Shown here in pieces: positions 1 to 8,008 of a DNA stretch of 64,000 bases. Within the stretch, counting starts at the first letter, position 1. Each line of letters begins with the position of its first letter. The stretch lies in NCBI GenBank assembly GCA_016190825.1, contig JACPPV010000039.1, forward strand, positions 10,215-74,214, in the 5' to 3' direction. The notes beneath the pieces are model-generated. The model saw only the letters and a program-made list of their open reading frames with translations. It did not search any database and was not told the DNA's origin. A program made the position numbers and the translations under genes. Origin of the DNA: Chloroflexota bacterium (lineage in GTDB: Bacteria; Chloroflexota; Dehalococcoidia; Dehalococcoidales; UBA2162).

Positions 1-196
1 GCCCGTCCATAACCGGCATGACGATATCCATTACTACCAGGTCCGGCGTCAACTGCTGCTCTTTCTCTATGGCTTCCTTGCCGTCTGAAGCTTCGCCGAC
101 GACCTCGATTTCATCGTCGCAACTGAGCAGGGCACGGATTCCGTCCCGCATTAAGGTGTGGTCATCAACCACGAGCAACCTGATTTTTCCCATCAT
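1..196 (-). CDS. Response regulator receiver domain, N-terminal part (gene runs off the window start)
   Basis: My reverse-strand translation from ATG at 194-196 gives [43 protein letters not shown]...[14 protein letters not shown]. This is a typical REC domain with the DD pair and phospho-acceptor D. It lies directly downstream of ccmD on the same strand. Confidence 0.75.
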   Translation of the reverse strand, partial: MMGKIRLLVVDDHTLMRDGIRALLSCDDEIEVVGEASDGKEAIEKEQQLTPDLVVMDIVMPVMDG

Positions 197-257
197 CCAC
201 TCCGCCTGCAATCGGGAAAGTTCACGTTGGACCGTTGTGCCATGTTGTGCTCCCCGG

Positions 258-407
258 CTATTCGGTGCCTTTTTCTTCGAGTTTCGCCTTCAACAGGCTG
301 ATTTCCTGGCGCAACTTCCCCTGTTTATTCGATAGGAAAAGCGCATAGGCGAAGACTCCCGCCCAGACTACTGCGAATGCCGCAAAGAGATAACCGCCGT
401 TTTCCAT
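258..407 (-). CDS. ccmD: Small heme exporter protein CcmD-like (49 aa, single TM)
   Basis: Not in the ORF track because it is under 60 aa. My translation is [57 protein letters not shown] Shine-Dalgarno sits 5-6 nt upstream. It lies immediately after ccmC, which is the canonical CcmD position and size. Confidence 0.6.
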   Translation of the reverse strand: MENGGYLFAAFAVVWAGVFAYALFLSNKQGKLRQEISLLKAKLEEKGTE

Positions 408-431
408 TTTTTCTCCTCCCCGATTCTACAA

Positions 432-1091
432 TTACCGGTCTAATTCCTTCAACCTCTGCACCTCAGCCTCATCCCGCCTGACTGACACTCGGAGCATAAG
501 CAAAAAGACGTACAGGATGGTAAAGGTGCCCACGCTCGTCAGCATGACAAGCAGCATCTCCGGGGCAATATCCCCTTTAAAAACAAGGGCCGGGGGATGC
601 ATCCCCCGCCAAAGAGTGGTGGACAGGGCGATGATGGGAACATCAACCAGCCCGACGATAGCAACGACGGCGGCGAAAACCGCGCCGCGGTGCTCATCGG
701 TGGCAAAGGAACGCACGACGAAATAGGAGAGGTAGATGAACCAGAGGATCATGGTAGCCGTCAGGCGCGCCTCCCATGTCCACCACACCCCCCAGATTGG
801 TTTCGCCCAGATTGCGCCAATGAAGAGGGTCACAGTGGTAAAGACGATTCCGATCTCCGCCGATGACCGGGCAAGGAAGTCCCAACGGTCCTGTTTTTTT
901 ACCAGGAACAGGACGCTGCCCGCAAAAGTGACAACGAATGCCAGAAGCGCCAGCCAGCCCATTGGCACCATAAGGTAGAATATCCTTTCCACGATGCCCA
1001 TCTCAGTAATCGTCGGCACCCAGACGAAAATGAGGTAAAGCGTAATGACTACTGATACAAAGCCTAAAGCCAGCAGAAGGTTCCTCTTCAT
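432..1091 (-). CDS. ccmC: Heme exporter / heme-handling protein CcmC
   Basis: Polytopic membrane protein with the tryptophan-rich WWD-type motif WAKPIWGVWWTWEARLT. Sits in ccmABC order. Confidence 0.9.
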   Translation of the reverse strand: MKRNLLLALGFVSVVITLYLIFVWVPTITEMGIVERIFYLMVPMGWLALLAFVVTFAGSVLFLVKKQDRWDFLARSSAEIGIVFTTVTLFIGAIWAKPIWGVWWTWEARLTATMILWFIYLSYFVVRSFATDEHRGAVFAAVVAIVGLVDVPIIALSTTLWRGMHPPALVFKGDIAPEMLLVMLTSVGTFTILYVFLLMLRVSVRRDEAEVQRLKELDR

Positions 1092-1106
1092 AATCTCCTT
1101 TCGCCT

Positions 1107-1778
1107 CTATTCTACGATAACGAAGTCAAAAACCAAATAAGACACGGCCAGGAAAACCAGGTCAAACGCGCCGATTATCTGGAACCATGTAAAGAGGTTG
1201 CTCCACGGCTCGCCTGTGAGCGCGAGCTCGGAGACCTTGATGGCGCTTATTAAGATAGGAATGACGATCGGCAGAAAGAGAACGGGTAAGACCATTTCCC
1301 GCGCCCGTGTATTGGCTGACAGGGCGGAGAACAGGGTGCCGACGGCAACGAACCCGACCGTTGTGACAAATGTGACCAGGATGATTTGCGGCGAAAGGAC
1401 GGGCACATTGGAGAAAAAAGCGAACGCAGGCAGCGCAATGGCTTCAACAATCAACATAAAGAGGAGACTGCTGAGTCCCTTGCCGGCGTAGATGACTTCA
1501 CGGGAGATGGGGGCGGCCATCAGCCCTTCTAGGCATCCATGTTCTTTCTCAGGGACGAAGGACCGACTGAAACTAAGCACACCGGCGAAGGCAAAGGTCG
1601 CCCACAATATCCCCGGAGCTACGGTGGTCATCAGCTCACGGTCGGCGCCAAAAGCAAGAGTGAAGATAAGGATAACCAGCAGTGTGAAGACCAGCACCGA
1701 GGAAACAACTTCCCTCGTGCGCATCTCGGAGAGCCAGTCCTTCCATGTGATAGCTATGACCTTGTTCCAGAAGGTCAA
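1107..1778 (-). CDS. ccmB: Heme exporter permease CcmB
   Basis: 223-aa, roughly 6-TM ABC-type membrane protein between ccmA and ccmC. Overlaps the ccmA stop by 4 nt. Confidence 0.85.
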   Translation of the reverse strand: MTFWNKVIAITWKDWLSEMRTREVVSSVLVFTLLVILIFTLAFGADRELMTTVAPGILWATFAFAGVLSFSRSFVPEKEHGCLEGLMAAPISREVIYAGKGLSSLLFMLIVEAIALPAFAFFSNVPVLSPQIILVTFVTTVGFVAVGTLFSALSANTRAREMVLPVLFLPIVIPILISAIKVSELALTGEPWSNLFTWFQIIGAFDLVFLAVSYLVFDFVIVE

Positions 1779-2515
1779 TTGTTTGCTCCGGTGGCGTTTC
1801 GGTAGACTTCTTCGAGGTTGCGCAAGTCCATGACCTCCCTCAGCCCATCGTAAACAATCTTTCCGCGGTCAAGAATAACCAGGCGGTCGCCAAGCTCCAG
1901 CCCCCGCTCCAGGTTATGGGTTGCCAGGATAATCGTCCGCTTTCTCTCATTCTCACCGGGCAGGGCTTTCCAGAGTATTGCCAGCGCTTCCTGATCCAGT
2001 CCGGTTTCTGGTTCATCCAGGAGCATGACCGAGGGTTTGTGCAGCAGGGCGCGGGCTATGGAAAAACGTTGCTGCATTCCGCGGGAAAGGGTAGCTACAC
2101 GGTCATGGAGACGGTACGTCATACCGAGCTGCTCCGCCAGTTCATGGATTCTCTCTTTGCGCCCGGGCACATCGAACATTCGGCTGTAGAATTCCAGGTT
2201 TTCGTAGGCGGTAAGATTGCCATAGAGGAATGTCTGGTGAGTGACTATACCGATCCGGCGGCGAACATCCTCCGGATGGTTCTTCACGTCGAGCCCGTCA
2301 ACAGAAAACGTGCCCGAGGATGGGTTTGTGATGGTAGCCAGTATCTTTATCAGCGTGGTCTTGCCGGCGCCGTTAGGCCCGAAAATAACCAGCGATTGCC
2401 CCTGCTGTACTTCAAGGTTGATTCCCCGCAGCGCCATGCGGCTGCCAAAAACCTTGGTCAACCCCTCGGTCCTGATGGCTGGAGGTGTGGAAGGGGGACC
2501 CTGTTTGGCGGTCAT
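1775..2515 (-). CDS. ccmA: Heme exporter ATP-binding protein CcmA (ABC ATPase)
   Basis: Walker A GPNGAGKTT, ABC signature LSRGMQQR and Walker B VMLLDEP. Operon context supports the call. Confidence 0.85.
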   Translation of the reverse strand: MTAKQGPPSTPPAIRTEGLTKVFGSRMALRGINLEVQQGQSLVIFGPNGAGKTTLIKILATITNPSSGTFSVDGLDVKNHPEDVRRRIGIVTHQTFLYGNLTAYENLEFYSRMFDVPGRKERIHELAEQLGMTYRLHDRVATLSRGMQQRFSIARALLHKPSVMLLDEPETGLDQEALAILWKALPGENERKRTIILATHNLERGLELGDRLVILDRGKIVYDGLREVMDLRNLEEVYRNATGANN

Positions 2516-3690
2516 CGGCGGGCACTGCCCCCCCTCGACGAAGCAATCAGTTTAACCAGTTGCGCCTTTTTCATTGCCCGCTGCTTCTGGTAAGCGGCTT
2601 CAGGAGTTCGGCCGGCGGCAAAATCATCATCGAGTTGAGCAAGTTCGAGAAGCAATTTCTCCTGTCTTTGCTCGGAGTCGTTATCAATGCGTACAGGCTG
2701 GGACTGCGGCTTCGTCCGGCTTCTGCGGTAAACCACGGCGGAGCCGGCGGTGAGCAATATCAGAGCTCCCGCTACCCAGATTATGACCGCTTTCTGGCTG
2801 GTGGAGCCGGGTAGACCGGAAAGCGTGGCGGTCAAAGCCGTACCCGGGAACAGCCCTTCCGCCACGGAGTAGGCGTAGGTTGCTCCGCCCATGCTCAACG
2901 GGCCTTGACTGGTTAGCTTGTCGCCGGAAATTGTGATGCCATTTCCTTGAACAAGCAAGTTGAACTGGTCAAGCGGATAATTGACCGTCTTTACAAAATC
3001 GAAGGTTTGTCCGCTGTAGGGCACGCGGTAGGCATATATGACTTCCCTTTCTCCCGGTAATATCGGCATCGTATCCGCGAAACCGCTCTGACTGGGTAGA
3101 ACGCAGCAATTCATAAAGCCATCGCCATACTGCAAATCTGATATCTTGCCCTTAATGGGAAAATCCAGAGTCCTCCTCTTTCCTGTGCTTGTAATCTCGC
3201 CGGAGCCAATGTAAGCACGGTCTGATTCGTTGGTGAAGAGGAAATACTCGGTAACTTCCAGCATGCCCTGCCCCACGGAAATAATCGTGTGGGCTTGAGC
3301 CACTCTGATAGCTTCAAGGCTGTTTGTGGAATCGTAGACCGTTAGCTCAATGGTCATGGCCGTCTCCCCCTCATCAAACGCAAGATAGTCGCTGACATAT
3401 TCAGCTTCTTCGTAGGTAAGCGTCATCTGGTAGGTATTCTTGGCATCGGTTGAAAGATTGCTGAAGGCAAATGTGCCGTCACTTCCCGTTTTCGCCGTGG
3501 CTGATGCAACCTCCTGGCCGTTCACCAGCGTTTTCAGTTCCAGCTCAACATCGGCCACGCTCTTGCCGCCGGCGGTGCCGTTGACCAGTTGTCCGTTTAC
3601 CGTTCCAGTCTCTGCTCCGACTGCGTATGCGGATATGAGCAGACCTGATATCATTAGTGCCGTAATCAGCATTGTGAAGCGCTTAACCAC
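2512..3690 (-). CDS. Uncharacterised secreted, C-terminally membrane-anchored protein embedded in the ccm operon
   Basis: N-terminal signal peptide (LITALMISGLLISAYAVGA) and a beta-rich ectodomain. One TM (AVIIWVAGALILLTAGSAVVY) is followed by a cytoplasmic tail LLLELAQLDDDFAAGRTPEAAYQKQR. There is a 4-nt overlap with the ccmA start. Confidence 0.7.
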   Translation of the reverse strand: MVKRFTMLITALMISGLLISAYAVGAETGTVNGQLVNGTAGGKSVADVELELKTLVNGQEVASATAKTGSDGTFAFSNLSTDAKNTYQMTLTYEEAEYVSDYLAFDEGETAMTIELTVYDSTNSLEAIRVAQAHTIISVGQGMLEVTEYFLFTNESDRAYIGSGEITSTGKRRTLDFPIKGKISDLQYGDGFMNCCVLPSQSGFADTMPILPGEREVIYAYRVPYSGQTFDFVKTVNYPLDQFNLLVQGNGITISGDKLTSQGPLSMGGATYAYSVAEGLFPGTALTATLSGLPGSTSQKAVIIWVAGALILLTAGSAVVYRRSRTKPQSQPVRIDNDSEQRQEKLLLELAQLDDDFAAGRTPEAAYQKQRAMKKAQLVKLIASSRGGSARR

Positions 3691-3701
3691 CTTTCCTCCT
3701 A

Positions 3702-4262
3702 TCAGCTAAGCTTTGCCCCGCACTGAGCACAAAAGCGGCCCTCGGCTTGGCGTTTTGCCCCGCACTGTGTGCAGAACTGGCCTGCCCCAGGCGCCTCTGT
3801 GCCATCGGCAGACGGGCCTTTCTTTTGGCGCAGTTCGCTAACCTTTCTTTTTATATCATCCGGCGCGCTGCTCACGCCCTTTTTTCTCAGGCGCGCCACT
3901 TGTTCCTCTATTTCGTCCTCTACACTGGATGCCTTTCCCTTGCGAACCTGGCTGATATGCTTTTCTATCGCCTCGTCAATTTCGGCGTCATTCGCTAGGC
4001 CGTCCATATCTTTGAGGATGGCGATGCCCTTCTTCTTGTATCTTTCTTCCAGTTCGCGGTAATCCTTATCGGCGAGAATGCCGGACTGGTAATCGAACTC
4101 CAACTCCTTGAGCATGGAGAAGATGGTATCCCGTTTGAAAAGCAATTCCTGTGACCCATCATCAACTGCGGGCGCAGCCGGGTGCACCTTCTGCCGGAAA
4201 AAGGGGAGGGCAACAAAGGAGAAGGCGGCCATAGCCAGCACTAGGGCTATCGCAATAATCAT
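3702..4262 (-). CDS. Membrane-anchored protein with CcmI-like cytoplasmic motif and C-terminal zinc ribbon
   Basis: N-terminal TM (MIIAIALVLAMAAFSFVALPFF), then LKELEFDYQSGILADKDYRELEERY. C-terminus has CTQCGAKRQAEGRFCAQCGAK (CxxC...CxxC). Overlaps the ccmH-like stop by 4 nt. Confidence 0.7.
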   Translation of the reverse strand: MIIAIALVLAMAAFSFVALPFFRQKVHPAAPAVDDGSQELLFKRDTIFSMLKELEFDYQSGILADKDYRELEERYKKKGIAILKDMDGLANDAEIDEAIEKHISQVRKGKASSVEDEIEEQVARLRKKGVSSAPDDIKRKVSELRQKKGPSADGTEAPGAGQFCTQCGAKRQAEGRFCAQCGAKLS

Positions 4263-4744
4263 CTGTACCCCCTTTCGGTGAACCGGTCCAGCTCTTTTTC
4301 CAGCCGCTGGCGGTAGGTATCTTCTTCCTCAGCAGCGATGACCGTTGCGGGCGGTAGCTCACTGCGCCTGACCCATTTCCTGATGGCGAAGAAGATTACA
4401 ACACCCCCCAGCAGGATAGCGGCAAAGGGGGCAATCCAGGCGGTCAGGTTAAAGCCGCGTTTTGGCGGTGAGGCAAGCACCTGCTCACCGTAGTCATTTA
4501 CAAAGAACTGGATAATCTGCTCCTGTGTTTGACCCTGCGCCAGCTTCTGGTCAATCAGCGTTAGCATGGAGTCCCGTGACATACATTCAATATGGTTGCA
4601 GTTTGATAAAAGGAGAGTGCAGCCGCACTGGCAGATTAGCTCCTTGGCGATGTCATCCTTGGTGGCTGCGTAAACGGTAACGGCTGGGGTCAGCATAACA
4701 AGAACGCCAGCTAACGCGATTCCGCATAACTTCTTCACTCCCAT
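4259..4744 (-). CDS. ccmH: CcmH/NrfF-family cytochrome c biogenesis protein, variant Cys motif
   Basis: Signal peptide, then ELICQCGCTLLLSNC...QGQTQEQIIQFFVNDYGEQVLASPPKRGFNLTAWIAPF and a TM. The layout matches the CcmH family, but CxCxC replaces the usual RCxxC. Confidence 0.75.
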   Translation of the reverse strand: MGVKKLCGIALAGVLVMLTPAVTVYAATKDDIAKELICQCGCTLLLSNCNHIECMSRDSMLTLIDQKLAQGQTQEQIIQFFVNDYGEQVLASPPKRGFNLTAWIAPFAAILLGGVVIFFAIRKWVRRSELPPATVIAAEEEDTYRQRLEKELDRFTERGYR

Positions 4745-4757
4745 ACCGCCCTCCTCT

Positions 4758-6722
4758 TCACTCCCGTTGAGCCGAAGCCGACTGTCTGCGACCTTCCGGC
4801 CAGAAGGCGAACAACCCTCCCAGTACCAGGACTATTCCCCCGATCCAGAGCCAGCGGACCAGCGGGTTGACAATAATCTTGAAGGCCGTGGTGTCATCTT
4901 CGGCATAATCAACCAGTATTATATACAAGTCCTCCCGGATGGTCGAGCGAATAGCCACTTCAGTTACCGGCTGATCGTAGCTACGGTGAAAGTATTTTTC
5001 CGGGCTCATCCTGCCGATAGGCGTGCCGCCATTGCTGACCGATATTGATGCCGTAACGATGTCCCTGGTCTCGGTTGAGAACCTGTCCAGCCTGTCAAAA
5101 GTAAGGATGTACTGGTTGATGGTCATTGAGTCTCCGGGTTTGAGAGAGACTTCCCTGGTGACATCGAAGAGTGACGAGCCGGCAACCCCGACGGCAATGA
5201 GCACCACGCCAATGTGGACCATATAGCCGCCGTAGCGCGGGCGGTTGGCGCCAAGGAGTCCCACGAACGCTTTGAAGTAATTTTCGTTTCTGGTCCGATG
5301 CCGAGCGCGTGACCCCCGCAGCCACTCCAGCAATATCGTCGCCAGAACGAAAGAAGATATTGCAAAAGTAAGAATGCCTCCCGCCTGCCTCATACCGGCG
5401 ATGAAAAGCGCCAGACTGGTGGCGAGGGCGATTATAGCGGGCCAGAGGAAATTGCGCAGCAGGTTTTTGACCGAGGCTTGCCGCCAACCAATGAGCGTAC
5501 ATATGCCGGCGAGGAGAACTATCGCCAGGAAGATTGGTGTATTGACCTGGTTAAAGAAGGGCGGCCCCACGCTGATCTTAACTCCCCGCACCGCCTCCGA
5601 TATTATCGGGAAAAAATTGCCAACAAAAATGGCAAATGTGGCGCCTACGAGGAGAAGGTTGTTGAGCAGGAAAGTGCTCTCCCGGGATACCAGGGACTCC
5701 ATCTCAGCTTCGCTCCTAAGCTCCCGGCTGCGGTAATAGACCAGGCCGAAGGCACCGAGAAGCGTCACGCCGATGAATGCCAGGAACATGTAGCCCAGAA
5801 GAGGAGATTCGGCGAAGGTATGTACTGAAGACAGGATGCCGCTCCTCGTCAGAAAGGTGCCAAGTATTGACAGGACAAAAGTGAGTATTACCAGTACCAT
5901 GTTCCATATCTTCAGGATTCCACGCCGTCGTTGCATCATCATCGAATGCAGGAAGGCGGTGGCGACAAGCCAGGGCATGAAACTAGCATTTTCCACCGGG
6001 TCCCATGCCCAGTAGCCACCCCATCCAAGCTCAACATATGCCCACCATGCGCCAATCAGGTTGCCGATGCCGAGGAAAAGCCAGGTGATCAGCGTCCATC
6101 GCCTTACCGTGATGACCCACTCGTCACCAAGCCGTCGGGTCAACATGGCCGAGACTGCGAAGGCGAACGGAATGGTGAATCCCACGTAACCGACAAGAAG
6201 GGTAGGTGGATGGAAAAACATCCCCGGATTCTCCAGGAGGGGATTCAGGCCCTTTCCATCGGCTGGGACGAAGGACAGTTTATCGAATACATTGGCAATG
6301 AAGAGCGAAAGAACAAGGAAAAATGTCAGGGTGAACATGACCACCCCGGCGGCGTAGGGTACCAGCTCCCTGCCAATCTCTCTCTTTTGCAGGACGAGCA
6401 CCGCAGCAAAAATTGAAAGAAGCCAGCCCCAGAACAAGAGAGAACCATCATTTCCAGCCCACAGGGCGCTGAGAAGATAGCTCAGGGACATGCTGCGGTC
6501 AGTGTAGGAGGCCACGTATTCAATCTGAAAATCGTGGTTCAGGAGCGCATAAAGCAGCGCCGCTACAGAGACTGTTATCAGGCCGCAGACGGCCAGCGCC
6601 GCATTCCGAGCACTGGCGAGTAAGACCGGGTCCCTTCCCCTCCCCCCGATTATGTGAGCGACTGCCGAATAAAGCGAAACTGTGAGTGCCAGAAACAGCG
6701 CGATGTAACCTATGTCTGCCAT
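4758..6722 (-). CDS. ccmF: Cytochrome c-type biogenesis protein CcmF (heme lyase component)
   Basis: 654-aa polytopic protein with the WWD motif GWGGYWAWDPVENASFMPWL. Lies next to ccmE and ccmH. Confidence 0.9.
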   Translation of the reverse strand: MADIGYIALFLALTVSLYSAVAHIIGGRGRDPVLLASARNAALAVCGLITVSVAALLYALLNHDFQIEYVASYTDRSMSLSYLLSALWAGNDGSLLFWGWLLSIFAAVLVLQKREIGRELVPYAAGVVMFTLTFFLVLSLFIANVFDKLSFVPADGKGLNPLLENPGMFFHPPTLLVGYVGFTIPFAFAVSAMLTRRLGDEWVITVRRWTLITWLFLGIGNLIGAWWAYVELGWGGYWAWDPVENASFMPWLVATAFLHSMMMQRRRGILKIWNMVLVILTFVLSILGTFLTRSGILSSVHTFAESPLLGYMFLAFIGVTLLGAFGLVYYRSRELRSEAEMESLVSRESTFLLNNLLLVGATFAIFVGNFFPIISEAVRGVKISVGPPFFNQVNTPIFLAIVLLAGICTLIGWRQASVKNLLRNFLWPAIIALATSLALFIAGMRQAGGILTFAISSFVLATILLEWLRGSRARHRTRNENYFKAFVGLLGANRPRYGGYMVHIGVVLIAVGVAGSSLFDVTREVSLKPGDSMTINQYILTFDRLDRFSTETRDIVTASISVSNGGTPIGRMSPEKYFHRSYDQPVTEVAIRSTIREDLYIILVDYAEDDTTAFKIIVNPLVRWLWIGGIVLVLGGLFAFWPEGRRQSASAQRE

Positions 6723-7162
6723 GAACTAATATCCTTGGTAGGGGGCGCCTTGCCAACTGGCACATATCTCGTGGGGCATTTCGGCATAAGAGTCTTGGCT
6801 TCGAAGACGCCGATGGAGTTAAGTTTACCGACGATGACAATCGCACCGCCTGGCTTGAATGTATCGGGGACATCCCCTCGGTATACCACCGGCAGACTTG
6901 TGCCCCCTTCGGCGACAGTGAACTTCAGTGTAAAATCGCCAGGCGTTTGTTGAACCGTGCCCGGGACTACTTCGCCGCTGACTTTTACCATCTGGGTCCG
7001 GATGGCCTCATCCGCTTTCTGGAATTCACTGACCGTGTAATCAAATGTCTTCGCGTTCTGGTAGCCGGTGATACCCAGATAACCAATGGCGAGAAAAATT
7101 ATCGCGCCAGCGATGACAAATTTCCTTTTCTTCCTGATCATACTTCCCCGGGAATCTGGCAA
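6710..7162 (-). CDS. ccmE: Heme chaperone CcmE, CxxxY variant
   Basis: N-terminal TM anchor and an OB-fold-like body (VKVSGEVVPGTV...VVYRGDVPDTFKPGGAIVIVGKL). The C-terminal motif LMPKCPTRY sits where classical CcmE has H-x-x-x-Y. The start could instead be M8. Confidence 0.85.
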   Translation of the reverse strand: MPDSRGSMIRKKRKFVIAGAIIFLAIGYLGITGYQNAKTFDYTVSEFQKADEAIRTQMVKVSGEVVPGTVQQTPGDFTLKFTVAEGGTSLPVVYRGDVPDTFKPGGAIVIVGKLNSIGVFEAKTLMPKCPTRYVPVGKAPPTKDISSWQT

Positions 7163-7253
7163 AACTCACCACTCATCCCCGTTCACCTCCCCTCATTAAC
7201 TGGCGTTCTCCACCGGCATCGCGTCCCCACAATAACATCCTGGTTATTTTACC

Positions 7254-7661
7254 CTATGTCTGGGGTTGATGACAACCCCGGCACATGTCGCTGGTGCGGC
7301 CGGCATGGTCTGCGGGCGGTTTTGGCGCTCCGCCAATCCCATCTTTATGGCATAATAAACAATCACTCCTGTCTTCCAGCGAATGCGGTATCCGCGGTAT
7401 TCCCCCCATTGGGATGGGAGTAGGTGTGGGGATGGGGGCAGGAGTAGGGGCCGGGGTAGGCGCAGGTGCAGGAGTAGGAGCAGTAGGCGCAGGTGCAGGA
7501 ATAGGAGCAGCAGGCGCAGGTGCAGGAATAGGAGCAGCAGGCGCAGGTACAGGAATAGGAGCAGCAGGCTCCTCCGGTTTAGCCGCACAGGACACAGCCA
7601 CGAATAGCAGTCCCAGGGCGAAGAGTGATACCAGCAGATACATAATGCGGTTTACTTTCAT
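7254..7661 (-). CDS. Diheme c-type cytochrome lipoprotein with Pro/Ala-rich linker
   Basis: Signal peptide with lipobox (LFVAVSC), a roughly 55-aa PAxP repeat linker, then two CxxCH motifs (CLLCH, CRGCH). Confidence 0.8.
   Translation of the reverse strand: MKVNRIMYLLVSLFALGLLFVAVSCAAKPEEPAAPIPVPAPAAPIPAPAPAAPIPAPAPTAPTPAPAPTPAPTPAPIPTPTPIPMGGIPRIPHSLEDRSDCLLCHKDGIGGAPKPPADHAGRTSDMCRGCHQPQT
7460..7567. repeat. 4 x 27-bp tandem repeat inside the diheme cytochrome gene
   Basis: Units are gcgcaggtgcaggaRtaggagcagYag at 7460-7486, 7487-7513, 7514-7540 and 7541-7567. Each encodes a 9-aa unit of the Pro/Ala-rich linker (for example PAAPIPAPA) on the minus strand. Confidence 0.9.
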
Positions 7662-7941
7662 CGGCCACCTTCATTCAGCAAAATCGTTCCAGCAGATGAA
7701 AACTCCTCAGGTAATTCGGAGGCTCTCTTTTTTGGGGGATAATGATGTGCTGCCTGCCGCGGTTATCGTGTTCCCAGGGGTCAGGAGGAGTGAGATATCA
7801 CTCCTCTCAAAGAACGTGCGAATCCCTTTGTAGAAGTGCTCTATATGTGCTTCCACCAACAGCTGGTCAGTGCTTATGCGCACGTAATCATCCATAGAAC
7901 CATACTCATTTTATGGGAAGTATGGCGGAAATACTATCGGT

Positions 7942-7976
7942 AAAACTACCTGTATTACGCAATAAAAACTACCTGT
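7942..7976. promoter_or_regulatory. Two exact 12-bp direct repeats (aaaactacctgt), starts 23 bp apart
   Basis: Copies at 7942-7953 and 7965-7976. They lie in the intergenic DNA between the 12-heme cytochrome stop (8009) and the diheme cytochrome start (7661). This is a possible transcription-factor site. Confidence 0.25.
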
Positions 7977-8008
7977 TTGCCTCGGTCTTTTCCTGAGATT
8001 AGCAGCGT

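Noticed and set aside
1916-2593. Long ORFs antisense to or overlapping confident genes. Examples: 1916..2593(+), 18636..19262(-), 23263..23823(-), 30210..30956(+), 46686..47495(+), 52511..53479(+), 58895..59452(+).
   Set aside because: Each lies entirely opposite a gene with strong family motifs (ccmA, plsC, acyl-CoA dehydrogenase, NrfC-like, atpB, nrdJ, ftsA). Their translations are low-complexity and Arg/Pro/Gly-rich, as expected for shadow ORFs in GC-rich DNA.
7460-7567. The tandem 27-bp repeats as a possible CRISPR array.
   Set aside because: The units are directly abutting with no spacers, and they sit in frame inside a coding sequence (the Pro/Ala linker). No cas genes are present in the window.
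7244-7833. ORFs 7244..7588(-), 7285..7833(+) and 7383..7607(+), with striking LLLLF/RLRL or GAGVGAG or RRRC repeats.
   Set aside because: They are alternative-frame readings of the 27-bp tandem repeat. Only the 7254..7661(-) frame gives a signal peptide, a lipobox and two CxxCH motifs.
7707-7895. The 62-aa ORF in the gap between the two cytochrome genes.
   Set aside because: No Shine-Dalgarno, no motif and unremarkable composition. I cannot support it as a gene.
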